The notes beneath the pieces are model-generated. The model did no database searches, was not told where the DNA came from, and saw nothing but the letters and a program-made list of their open reading frames with translations. A program made the position numbers and the translations under genes. A stretch of DNA of 64,000 bases, taken from positions 32,426,001 to 32,490,000 of the forward strand of contig JANJGN010000001.1 of NCBI GenBank assembly GCA_026770705.1, in the 5' to 3' direction. This document shows positions 52,223 to 64,000 of this stretch, piece by piece. Each line of letters begins with the position of its first letter. Position 1 is the first letter of the stretch. This stretch comes from Isurus oxyrinchus (lineage: Eukaryota).

Positions 52223-53165
52223 TGTCACGAGGCTATACCCCCTTTATTCTTTGAAAATATGATTATTGAACTTTCAACTGATTGGAAATATTGCAATTTG
52301 AAATGAGACAGAGCAATTACTTAAAACTGCAAGGCCACATTCCATAGTGAAGGAAAGAAACAAAAGGGAGTGTGATGAGAGAGACATTTCCTATAATCCA
52401 GATACCCATAGAAACCCAAAACTGTCTCAGGAAAAGACTTTAAAAATACAAAGTACTGCATATTGAAACAATGCTTACCACAAACAGATACACACAAAAC
52501 CTCTTGGAAATACACAATGGGTGAAGTATTTCAAGGCAAGGCTGCCGAGCCACTTGAGAGAGATTGCAAGTGACACAGGTGGTGTCAAGAAAGTTTTCAG
52601 CAGAGGAAACAGGCTGAAGGCTGCTCTCTCTTCCTCTCTCTCTTTTGGAACATGAGTGTCACCTAGTTCCAGAAGCCAACTCTACCACAAAGCTACCAGT
52701 AAACCGAAATCTTATAATAATTGCAACATCTTCTGCATCTGACCGCATCCAAGAAACAAGCTCACCTAAATCGGCTGCAACATTTAAAATCTATGCCTCA
52801 AGGACAAAGGATTTTTAACCATACATTCGCTTAAATTCTTTTTAATTGGACTCTAACTCCCTTTATTTCAGATACCTCTGTATGTGTGTATGTGTGTGTG
52901 CCCGAATGATTGAATAAGGGCCGAATGCTTGATGCCGTGTTTTTATTATTTTTCTTGGGTTTAGCGGTTAATAAATTTGCTCTCTTTTTGACTCAAGAAA
53001 AGTTTGTTTGATTGGCTCCTTATTGCCCACGGCTTAAATATTTAAATACACACTGATTTGGAATAAGCATATCCTTGTGAAAAAGAAACTTAAACCTTTG
53101 TTGTGACCAACTGAGGAGGTTGAATAGAGGGGAGCCAGTTCACCCCTTCTCACCTGGTCATAATA
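52223..53165 (+). mobile_element. Solo LTR inserted in a G-rich non-autonomous element (~51560-53291)
   Basis: Termini TGTCACGA…GGTCATAATA; near-TSD CCAT/TCAT; host resumes as at 20060 and 24290. Confidence 0.75.
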
Positions 53166-53329
53166 TCATCGGAAGTTGAAACTTCCCGGGCAATTCCCAC
53201 ATAGGGCCATACATCAGGACTCCCGAGGGATCCCCACACTCATCCCAATCATGCACCCAGTCTCCACAACCCAGAGACTGGGAGATTTGCCATAAAGATA
53301 TTTAAGAAGACATATAATAACTTGATAAT

Positions 53330-53960
53330 AACACCTTGACTTTGAAATTCTCATCTTTGTTTTCAAATCTCTCCATGGCCTCTCCCCTCCTTATCCCTAA
53401 TCTTGTCCAGCTCCACAACCCCCTGAGATATCTGAGCTCCTCAAATTATGGCCTCTTGTGTATTTCCTATTATAATTGTCCACCATTGGTGGCCATGCCT
53501 TCAGTTGCCTAGGCCCCAAATTCTGGGATTCTTTCTCTAAACCTTTTCACCTCTCTACCTCCCCATTGACATGCTCCTTACAACCCACCTTTTTGACCAG
53601 GCTTTTGGTTTTCTGCGGTAATATCTCCTTATACTTGGTGTCATATTTTGTTTTATAATGTTCCTGTAAAGTGCTTTGGGATGTTTCATTAGGTTAAAGA
53701 CACTATATAAATACAAATTGTTATTGTAAGCTCCTCCTGCCCTGTAACCTTCCAAAATCTCTGCACTCCTCCAATTCTGGTCTCTTGTGCATCCTCACTT
53801 TTAATTGCTCACCATTGGTGACCATCAGCCCTAAACCCTGAAATTCCCTCCCTAAACACATTATCTCCCTCCTAAACACTCTCTCCACATTTAAGATGCT
53901 CCTTTTATAGCCCTCCTATCAAGCTTTTGGTCATCTTTCCTAATATCTCCATAAACTTTA
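53330..53960 (+). mobile_element. L2 LINE 3' end fragments
   Basis: ILIFVFKSLHGLSP, TIGGHAFSCLGPKFWDS; tail …CTATATAAATACAAATTGTTATTG. Confidence 0.7.
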
Positions 53961-55539
53961 GCTTTTGTCAAAGTCAATTGACTATTGTATCATGCAACAA
54001 GCCCCATTTGACCAGCTGATTTACATTGGCTCCCAGTCCCTACATGTATGCATATAGATATGTTTTTCGATTATTTCAATACAGAAAAGCTTATGTAGCA
54101 ACTATGGCTAAACCACATGAGTAAATCAGAACTGGTTTAAACTGTGTGCTGGCAGATCCTATCTTTGGATCACAATGACACCCCCAGGCCAAAAGCCATA
54201 GTTCAGAAAGAGCAAACATAGGAAGCAAAGGTTGATGAAGGTTAAATCCCTAGACAGTGCAGCACAACATTAACCAGGACCTGAGATCTTTATCACTGAA
54301 TGTTTGATGACCCAAGGCGAATAAAATACACAACGTAGTTAACCTCGGTAAGAATTGGACAATGAAATCTTGTTTTCAAAGTAGTATAAAGGACAGATAC
54401 AATGCAAAATTCAGTAGGAACATCGCTGCCTTCAAGATTGGGCATGTGAACAGCTTTGGGTAAGTGATGCTCAAAATTCTCAGCAAGTTCTTTACATGTA
54501 AGTTTTTAGATATATGACTGTGTGTACTACACTGAATGTAGTCTTAAGACAAACATTTTGAAACAACAATAAATGAAGTTAGTTGCAGGATGTATTACTT
54601 TCTCTAGCTTTACAAATTGTCATTAAAAAGGGTAAGGAATTAACTATCCAACACATATCCCTCTAATTTAAAAATTCTTATCCCTGTGTTCAAGTCATTT
54701 CATAGCCTCATCCACCCTATTTCTGTAACTTTCTCGCCCCACCCCCCCCACCTCCCCCCCGACCCATTAAATAACCTGGTGTGCTAGTATTTTGCGATCC
54801 TTCCCTCTAAACCAACCCCCACCCCCACCCCATGCTATTAGCCAAGTGGCCTCTGGGCTACCTAATTTTGTGCCAGCCCTAAACTGGTTGAATCAGGATG
54901 CCATTTAGAAGTGGGGAGGTCACCGGTTCTACTGCTATTGGAGGCTAGTCAGCATGCTCCTATGGTTGGCTGCCCAAAAGTTTAAATGCATTGGACTCTG
55001 TCTCTGATGGCTTAATTATTTTCCTCAGAATATATATCTTGCACACCAATAATCTGCAAGATACTTAGATAAGACAAACTCTTGTAGACTTCCTCTTGCA
55101 ATATTTGTAAGTTAGTGATTGTTACCTACCACAATAAAAATGTAAGGGGGAGAAATTCATCACTTATAGCATTGTCCAGCCCAGGGGGTCATGTAAGTGT
55201 GGTTCATGCTGGGACGTGTGCCTGCTGCCAGCCACTTTCAGCATGGCCTGCACTGCATTCCACCAGGTAAAGGGCTCATGAGGATTTGTCTCCTGTGTGT
55301 GCCAGGAGGCCGTGAATCACTGTTACCTCGATGTCGCACAGCCCAACCAATTGATATGATACCAGGAAACAAATGTGGATCACACAGATCTGGGCAATAT
55401 ATTTGTACATCACTCTAAAAACAACAGGTGCAGAGATGCAAGATGAGCCCTGCATGTGTTCCTTAGAGGGACAGGCACCCAACTTGCAGGTAGGGTAGTT
55501 TTTAAGGTCTTCTACTTTTTCAAAGCGTCTGGATTATTT

Positions 55540-56345
55540 TAGAGCTGTCATACAACTGCAGCAAGACCTCTTTACTTCTGTACTCAAACCCTCTTACAAA
55601 ACCAATATACAATTTGCCTTCCTAATTGCTTGTTTCACCTGCATGTTAGCTTTAACAATTTATGAAGAAGGGCACCCAGTCCCTTTGGACATCAACACTT
55701 CCCAATCTCTCGCCATTTAATCAACATTCTGCATTTCTGTTTTTCCTACCAAAACGGATAACTTTTCACAGTTTCCCACATTATATTCCACCTGTCATGT
55801 TCTTGGCCACTCACTTTGTCTATCTAAATCTTTTTTATGCCTCTTTGCATGCTCCTCACAGCTCACATTCCCACAAAGTTTTGTGTCATCAGCAAACTTG
55901 AAAATTTTACATTTGGTCCCCACATACAGATCACTGGTGTAGATTGTGAATAGTTGGGGCCCAAGTATTGATCCTTGCGGTATCCCACTAGTTATCGCCT
56001 GCCAACCTAAGAATGATCAGTTTTTTCATATTTTGTGTTTCCTGTCTGTTAGCCAATTCTCAATTCATGCCAGTATATTATCCCCAAGCCCATGTGTCCT
56101 AATTTTGCTTATCAACCTGTTGTGTGGGACCTTATTGAAAGCCCTATGAAAATCCAAATACACCACATCCACTGGTTCTCCCTTATCTATTCTGCTACTT
56201 GTATCCTCAAAAAACTTTGTCAAACATAATTTCCCTTTCATAAATCTATGTTGACTCTGCCCAGTCCTGTCATTATTTTCTAAGTGTCCAGTTATCACAT
56301 CCTTTATAACAGATTCTAGCATTTTCTCTACTACAGATGTCAGGC
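55540..56345 (-). mobile_element. CR1 LINE RT fragment
   Basis: SLTSVVEK-like, QSQHRFMKGK, VDVVYLDFHRAFNKVPH. Confidence 0.88.
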
Positions 56346-57279
56346 AGGCTGCACCATGTGGTATCTTTACATTGCTGTTCAGCTCCCTACTGAGCACAGA
56401 GACAACCGGCAGCACAAAGGTGAGGGAGCAGTGCCAGGCCCATTTGGTCACACACTACAATGGTGTAGGTGAAGTGGATGTGCCAAATTTGGAAATGGCG
56501 CATGTAAGTCATGAATCATGATCCCTGTGTCCAAAAAATTGGTACATGAATTTCTAGTCCTAAGTGTCAATTTTAGAAATGAGCATGTAGTTGAAAATGG
56601 GCAGAGAAATATATATATATCCATGTTAATGAGCAATTGGCACACATCATCGACTAATGCAGAAGTTGTTAATGATTTAAGCAACACAGTATCAGACTCT
56701 TCTTTGATGATTTAATCACCAGGAATAATGTGCAAATATTTCCAGGCTCTGGTAAGGTGGATTGATGGCAGTTTTTGTATTCACGGAAGTACCATGTAAA
56801 GCACATTCCAAGCTACCTTGAGTATCAAAATTCCGATCATTTCCACTCTGAATTCCACCATTGTATGAAGAAGTCTTGCCTTCAAGGATCAGGAATTCAA
56901 TGGGTTAGTGGATTCTTAAAGGGCAGCAACCTTGTGTTAGAAAGATTTTGCCTTACCTGCATCTTTCTGAATTTACTATTGCCTTTCTCACTTAAAACCT
57001 TCAATTTACAATCCAGGTCCTCTTTAAAATCATTGCTCAGAAGGACTTGGTATATAGGGATAAAGGTCCCAAGGGTTTTTTTTTTTCAGTATTCTGTCTA
57101 ACATTGGCAGAAACTCCAGGAAATGGTAAATTTAGCTATTTATGCTGTCTCTCCAAGGTTTCCACAAATATTACAGTGGGAGATCAGGAAAACCTCTAAG
57201 AAAAATTTTGTTCTACAATCTTTGAAAGCAACAAAATAGGCTTCCCAATAGGGCTCTGAATGGAGGAATATAATATATA

Positions 57280-58100
57280 TGATGGAGGATGGAGGATGAA
57301 AGGGAGGGAGAACAGCGAGTGGTTCAATGGAAAGGCAGTGAAATAAGTCAGCGCCAGTGGAGAACCAAATATTCTCAAAGATACTGTGCCAACAGAGTAT
57401 CCAGACACAATACATTATGAATTTCTCTCAGGAGTAATTCCATAGGAGACTACCCTTCCCTTGAAGATACACTGTTCTCTGTTGTAGGTGGACTGCAGAT
57501 ACACACTTACTGTAGCAAAGATGGTAACCATTGCATGCTCCTCATTTTTATGCCAGTGATTCATCCCAAATTGCAACAAGGGACTTCTGTCATATTAGCC
57601 AGTCTATACACTAGGGAAGCCACAAATGCTCGGCTTGTCATAGCTGACAACTTCATCAAAGTCGATACTGGTTAGAGGCAACTAGATCAATCTGCTGTCC
57701 AGCCCCATAGGGCAGCAAGATTACCCAGGATCATTTGTGTCATAGGCTACACTCACATGCCTTGAATGAGATAGCTCATCATTACAGTAAAAAAAAGGAT
57801 GTTCACTCTATCAATGTACACCTAGTCTGTGGTTATACATATCAATTCCCTCATGCCAATGCCAAGTATGGAGGCAGATGCCATGGCAGAGTGATGCACA
57901 TCAACAAAGCATTTCTGCCATGTTTCAGGAGGAATCCTGATTGCCAGGTTAGCTTCTTAGGGCCAACGGATATGCTGTCCTCCCATGGCTAATGACATCT
58001 GTAAAGAACCATAATGCCGTTGAGGAGAGATACATCTCTGATAACAAGAATTAATATAGAGCAAGCAATAGGAATGAAAAATTACTTTTGCAGTGGATGC
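57280..58100 (+). pseudogene. PIF/Harbinger (HARBI1-like) DDE transposase relic
   Basis: Across frameshifts: TLTVAKMVTIA, FYASDSSQIATRDFCHISQS, KKDVHSINVHLVC…HANAKYGGRCH, GYAVLPWLMT, TRINIEQAIG; these match Harbinger motifs FYATGSFQ, HSINVQLVCD, GYPLxPWLMTP. Confidence 0.8.
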
Positions 58101-58119
58101 TCAAGAAGACAGAATTAAT

Positions 58120-58480
58120 TGAATGCAGGAGGATTCAAGGGGCTTGATGAGTTTTGAGAGATTGGGAGAGGTGAGGCCATGGAGGGATTTGAAACCTAGG
58201 GTGAGAATTTTAAAATTGAGATCTTGCTTAACCTGGAGCCAATGTGGGTTATTGGGCACAGGGGTGATAGGTGAGTAGGAGTTGATGCGAGTTAGGATGA
58301 AGGCAGTAGCATTCTGGATGACCTCAAGTTTACAGATGATAAAACGTAACTGGTCAGCCAGGGTTGCACTGAAAAAGTCAACATTGGAGGTAACAAAGGC
58401 ATGAATGTGGTTTTCAGTAGCAGATGAGCTGAGGTAGAGTGAGTCAAGCAATGTTACAGAAGTGTAAATGTCAGGGGCCA
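58120..58480 (-). mobile_element. L2 LINE ORF2 C-terminal fragment
   Basis: IHAFVTS.VDF, LEVIQNATA, ITPV…HWL, FKIL.L.FKSLHGL. Confidence 0.82.
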
Positions 58481-59199
58481 ATTATGTCCTTATAATCCAA
58501 TTAACAAATATGAATTAAGACTCAGCAATTTTGGGTGGGTTTACTTCCCGGCAGGCAAGTAACCTGGCTGATTTTAGCTATCGATGGGTTGGAACTTCAG
58601 AATTTCCTGGATTAGCCCTCATTTATCATGATTTATGGTGATGAAAGCACTGACCATTAGTTTACTGACAACAACAGCAATTTGCATCTAGTGGTGCCTT
58701 TAACAGAGGGAAATATCTCAAGGCACAGGGGAGCAATTAGGCAAACGTTGACACTGAGCTGAAAGACTTTCATTCATAAACCACTTTCCACAACCCCACA
58801 GCATTCCAAAGCAATTTACAGCCAATGAAGTGCTTTTGAAGTGCAGTCACTGTTCTGAAGAATATCTCCTATTTTGATATTATTTGCAAACTTCAACACC
58901 ACTCCTTCTAGATCTCTATCCAAATCGCTGATGTACATATTGAACAGAAATGGCTCCGCAACTGAACTCTGTGGGACACCACTACCAACTTTCAACCATT
59001 CCAAAATAATCTGCTTTTAAAGCCAATGGCAAATGATCATCAACCCGAAACATTAACTCTCTTCCTCTCTCTATAGCTGTTGCCTAATCTACTGATTATT
59101 AACAGCATTTTCTCTTTTTATTTCAGGTTTCCAGCATTTGCAGTATTTTGCTTTTCCTTTAAATCCTATTCTCTGTTTTCCCCTTTTTAATTATTATTT

Positions 59200-60975
59200 A
59201 TTTATTTTTTATTCTTTCATGGGATGTGACATCGCTGGCTGGGCCAGTATTTGTTGCCCTTCCCTAATTGTCCTTGAGAAGGTGGTAGTGAGCTGTCTTC
59301 TTGAACTGCCACAATCCACCTGGTGTAGATACACACATAGTGCTGTTAGGAAAGGAGTTCCAGAGTTTTGACCCAGCAACAGTGAAGGAACAGTGAAATA
59401 TTTCTAAGTCAGGATAGTGTGTGCCTTGGAAGGGAACTTGCAGGTGGTGGTGTTCCCATGCATCAGCTGGCCTTGTCCTGCTAGGTGGTAGGTGTGACAG
59501 GATTGGAAGGTGCTGTTGAAGGAGTCTTGGCGAGTTTCTGCAGTACATTTGTGTATGGTCATTATGCACTATGGTGGTGGGAGTGAATGTTTAAATTGGT
59601 GGATAGGATGCTGATGAATTGGGCTGCTTTGTCCTGGATAGTATGAGCTTCCTGAGTGTTGTTGGAGTCACACTCATCCAGGAAAGTGGAGAGTATTCCA
59701 TCACACTCCTGACTTGTGACTTATAGTTGTTGATGATGATCCCTTCCCTACATCATTTGATCAGAGGTGTGGATGCTTGCAGCAAGACATTGGCCAACAA
59801 GGCTTGGGCTGTAAAGTAGCAAGTCACATTTGCAGAATACAAGTGCCAGGCAATGACCATTTTCAGTAAGAGAGAATCTAAGTATCTCCCCATGACATTC
59901 AACACCCTTACCCAATTGCTGAATTCCACAACATCAACACCCTGGGGGTTATCATTGTCCAGAAACTGAACTAGACCAGCCATATAAATACTGTGGATAC
60001 AAGAGGCTGGCAATTCTGCATGAGTAATTCATCCCCTGACTCCCCAAAGCCTGTCCACGATTTACAAGGCACAAGTCAGGAGTGTGATGGAATGCTCTCC
60101 ACTTGCCTGGATGAGTACAGCTCCGACCACACTCAAGAAGCTTGGAACCCTCCACGACAAAGCCCACCCATCCCATAAGCATTCACTCCCTTCGCGTCAG
60201 GCACATCGAGGTCATTGAATGTTATCGGGCCCCAGCCATTGTGAAGGGAAGCAGAGGGGTGGTAAAATGGACGGGAGCCACTTCAGAATGGCTTAATATC
60301 ACTGTTCCACCAGAGGGGAGGTTCTCCAGCAGTGGGCAGGAGGCATGCTGCAAGGCAGATTGCCTAGCCATTCCAAGAAGGCAGGCAGGTGATCTGCATA
60401 ATTAAATGCCTGACTGGCATTTTACTGACAGCACAGCAGCCTCCTGCCATATTTTGAGGTGCCCTTGAAATCTCCAACCTACCTCAGAGCTGCCAGCCAT
60501 TGGACTCGGCGGCCATGAACCCCTGGATGGCAAGCCCACAGGCAGCCAATTAAGAAGCCATTTGTGGTAAAATTGCTGAGTCAGTCCTGCTGCTGGGAAC
60601 TGTGGGCTCAGGAGCTGCTTTTTAACCTGTCATCGGGGTCCCGAAGTCTGCAGTAAAATGCAGCCTACTGTGTATGTAAAATCTACAGATGTACTGCAGC
60701 CAAAGCCTCTTTGGCAGAAACCCCCAAACCTGCAACCTTTACCACCTCAATGGCAGAAGGCGCACGGGAATACAACCAACTCCAAGTCACAGATAACCCT
60801 GACTCGGAATTTTATCACTGTTTCTTTATCAACGTTGGGCCAAAATTCTGGAATTCCCTTCATAACAGGCCGGTGGTACCTTCACCATACTGACTGCGGC
60901 TGTTTAAGAAGGCAATTAGGAATTGGCAATAAGTACTGGCGTTGCTAGTGATGTTCACATGCCATGAATGAATAA
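59200..60975. mobile_element. Two LINE family B 3' fragments in opposite orientation (minus ~59200-59730, plus ~59770-60975), the plus copy interrupted at ~60230-60660
   Basis: Similarity to 32795-33640; tail ATGAATGAATAAAA at 60964-60977. Confidence 0.75.
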
Positions 60976-61529
60976 AAGAATAAAAGAACACTGTGACAAG
61001 AATAAAGTATTTTTGTCCCTGGTGGATTATTTATTGGATTCTTTCTCTTTTGTTACAGAACCTAGAATATTAAAAGTTAGGTCCTGTGAGCTTATTTTTC
61101 TGGCTGTGGAGAATATATATTAAAATATAATAAAATATCATATTCACACCTCAGGACAAGGTAGAGACATGTGCAGTTTAGGATGTCTTGGCGGATGTCT
61201 TTTGATTTTTCCCAATCAAAACAGAGATTTGACAGGTGCATTTGGGATAGACTAATATTTTAGTTAATTCGAACATATTGTGTGATTGACATAATGGGGA
61301 TCATGTTAAACTACAGGGAATAGTATGCTTTACTGCCTGCTGTGTCTGTGTTAAAGGTTTATGAGGAGGTTGGACAGCTGACTTATTAACACAGCTCTTT
61401 ATCCAGGAGTTTCCAATTGTGGTCTGTATTTGGTTTCCTGCACTCAGCTCATTATTCAGTCTAAAGTCAGCAGAGATACAAAGACATTCAAAGCACATTG
61501 TCGAAACAATTAGCCACATAGAAAGTAGT

Positions 61530-62546
61530 CATTTGGTAGTACAGAATTTGAGTAATTCTGAAAAAAGAGACATGTCAAAGCTTTTTATCTTGCACTCATC
61601 AGGACACTTTTCAAGAATACCAATATAAGGGAAAACAACAATTAATACTATATGTGAAGAGGGTTGGCAAGTGGACTCTGAATGGTGGAGGTGTTGCCAT
61701 GGAGAATGCACCAGTGATGCTAACTGACAGTTAACTGCCAAGCATTGTTTGAAATTTAAACCAGGCAGCTTGACTCTGATTGGTCAAGGCACTGCCCTGA
61801 GGAATGAGTCAGTGAACGGCTGTCACTTATTTTATTCAGCAGAAATAGATGTAATATGTGTACATGTTCTTTCTGTCTACAAAGAACAGGGCCTGTGTAT
61901 TAATATATGTAGCTTCCAGTATACACAAATGCGCCAAACTGTGAGCCCAAGTGACAATCATAAATTGGTTGTCAGCATAATTCTTAGCACACTGAGGGTT
62001 ATTTAGAAAATGTTGCTGAATCGTGGAATCACATCTAATATTGGACACGGTGCTTTGAGTTTTGCAAGCATGGGCTGATTAGGTACAGTCTGTACCTTAC
62101 CCGTTGTGAACAGCAGCTGGGACATACTGCTAGTCTTTGGGTTGTACAACCTAAATGCCTAGCATCACACTAGCACTGAAATTCATCTACCACATTACTC
62201 ATTTGTGTGACAGGCAAAATGTCTTTTTAGCTTGACGGCAGCATCCTGTTCGTGGCAAACACCACTTGTCTTGCTACTGCATAGTAACAGCGTGAAACAG
62301 TTGCTCAAATTTTTGAGATACCTTGCCCTGCTAGGGTAATCTGAAGTAGACTAGGTACTTTTCAGATCCAACAGTGACGGCTTTAGTTTGTGTGCTAAAC
62401 AGCGTGAAATGATTCAATCGGGGTAGCCATTACGCTTCTTCACATGCAGTATAAATTGTTGTTTTTCCCCTTGTATTGGTATTCTTGCAAAGTGTCCTGA
62501 TGAGTGCAAGATAAAAAGCTTTGAAATGTCTTTTTTCAGCAATACA
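61530..62546 (-). mobile_element. Penelope-like element family B with inverted terminal tails
   Basis: CDSTIQQHFLNNPQCAKNY…HLCILEATYINTQ (GIY-YIG C-terminal region); tail ~61550-61650 is inverted at ~62445-62546. Confidence 0.8.
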
Positions 62547-62845
62547 CATAGAGAGTAGTGACTATGCTTCGAAGACCAATTTTATGGTTGCAAGCCAGCA
62601 TAGTTAGTGGCTGTTATTTTGGAATTCTGAGGAATAGTAATTACTGTAAAAGTACTGTTTGACACAGAGCATTATTCATTTACCTATTAAATGTTTAATA
62701 AATGTATCCAAACACTAAGGTTTCAGTCTGGTACAGTGATTGCTTTCCTTACTTACAAAGTAAAATGGGTTACTTGGCAGGCCATGCTAATTCCAAGAAG
62801 CTGGAGTTCAATGACAAGAGTTCTCTGTTGAACCCTCGGTCTTGC

Positions 62846-63262
62846 TAAAATAAAAGCAAAATACTGCAGATGCTGGAGATCTACTTTCAGACAGTGCCGA
62901 CCTTATTCTGCTATTACCACATTCTGCTATTTTGCTTTCAGAGAGCGCTGACCTTTATTCTAGCTATTCACACCTACTCTGGACCAATCCTTTGTTGCTT
63001 TAGTATTATCATTACCACTCCCATTGTCTTTTGTTCAATGAATCTTTGTCATTTAATCTACCCCCCCCAACCTATCTCTGACCTACTCTTTTGCTTCACC
63101 TGCCCTTCCTCTCTTTTTCAATAGCATTGAACCCATCACATTTCTGCCTTTCTTCAGTTCCAAAGAAAGGTCATATTGGACTCGTAATGTTAACTCTGTT
63201 TCTCCCTCCACAAACGCTGCCAGATCTGTTGAGTTTTTCCAGTACTTTCTGTTTTCATTCCT
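62846..63262 (+). mobile_element. Old Penelope-like tail with a short inverted 5' piece
   Basis: Similar to family A tails; decayed hammerhead-like motif at 63156-63195. Confidence 0.6.
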
Positions 63263-63725
63263 GGGTTTTGCTACATTTGCTAACTAATCTGTTTTTCAGG
63301 GGATACGAGAACTGCTTATGGGAGTGACCAGTGACACTGAACCAAAGGAAATACCCAACATGATTTTAAAGGGGGGTGGAATCAGTGCATGCGGGTGGAG
63401 GGGTGGGGCAGGACCAGGACAAATGGCAAGCTTACATACCAGCATGGTGAAAGGCTTCGAGAAATGTCAGCTCTCAGGGCTCATTTTAAAATGGGTGGTC
63501 AGCTTCCCTTTGGAACCCAGAGGAAATTAGCGCCATGTAAATTTCAAAGTGACAGGATACCACTGGTAATGACCTGACAGAATAGTCCTTGACACAAAGA
63601 TAAGCCTTAAGGGTGAGTTAGGGCCAGGGGTGGCTTGTTCTGAAGCAGCCGGGCTGGGGAAGCCCAGAACATGGGAGGCCCCAGACTTGTGTGTGGGGCC
63701 CAGAGAAGCATTCCTGCTTTTCCTG

Positions 63726-64000
63726 GGCCAGAATTTTTCAGTTGGCAGGCAGGCTCAGCAGGAGCATGTGGGGACGGTCAGGAACCCAACCGCTGCCCGC
63801 AATCGGGTGCACACTGCGATTTTACCCGGGTGGGCCAATTAAGGCCCGGCCAACATAACTCACAGCTCCCAGGAACAGTGAGAAGGGGTGGGCGGTGGTG
63901 GAAGGCCAATGTCCGCCGGGTCCAATGGGGACCTGGCAGCCTATTCATAAACAACGCAGGCAGCTGTCCTAAGGCTGCCACTGAGTTCGGTTAGCTGCAA
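63726..64000. mobile_element. GC-rich MITE-like element running off the window
   Basis: Starts GGGCCAGAATTTTTC; contains GGGCCAATTAAGGCCCG as in the other MITEs. Confidence 0.55.

Noticed and set aside
1-64000. CRISPR arrays, rRNA genes or prokaryotic operons
   Set aside because: No regularly spaced repeat-spacer array or rRNA-like sequence was seen; the content is eukaryotic intron and transposon DNA.

Overview
Repeat-rich vertebrate genomic DNA; the retroelement mix suggests a cartilaginous fish such as a shark (inference). One protein-coding gene is supported. It lies on the minus strand and encodes a type-I membrane immunoglobulin-superfamily receptor: leader exon 25312-25258, IgV exon 17619-17272, IgC2 exon 16715-16437, stalk/TM exon 16351-16193, and an uncertain cytoplasmic exon. 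All introns are GT-AG and phase 1. The rest is mostly decayed mobile DNA: CR1 and L2 LINEs, a second LINE family, two families of Penelope-like (GIY-YIG) retroelements, an old Gypsy element with nested insertions, solo LTRs, tRNA-derived SINEs, PIF/Harbinger MITEs and a Harbinger transposase relic. The most notable observations are: (i) minimal hammerhead-ribozyme folds in the tails of both Penelope-like families, one with a consistent non-canonical core (CUGYYGA); (ii) a short non-coding palindromic element made of two inverted ribozyme-bearing tails; (iii) a LINE whose 5' end is a tRNA/Pol III-like head running into the endonuclease with no room for ORF1; (iv) a ~1 kb-arm inverted repeat in intron 1 of the Ig gene; (v) a possible spliced plus-strand transcript. 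All alignments were done by eye, so repeat boundaries are approximate.
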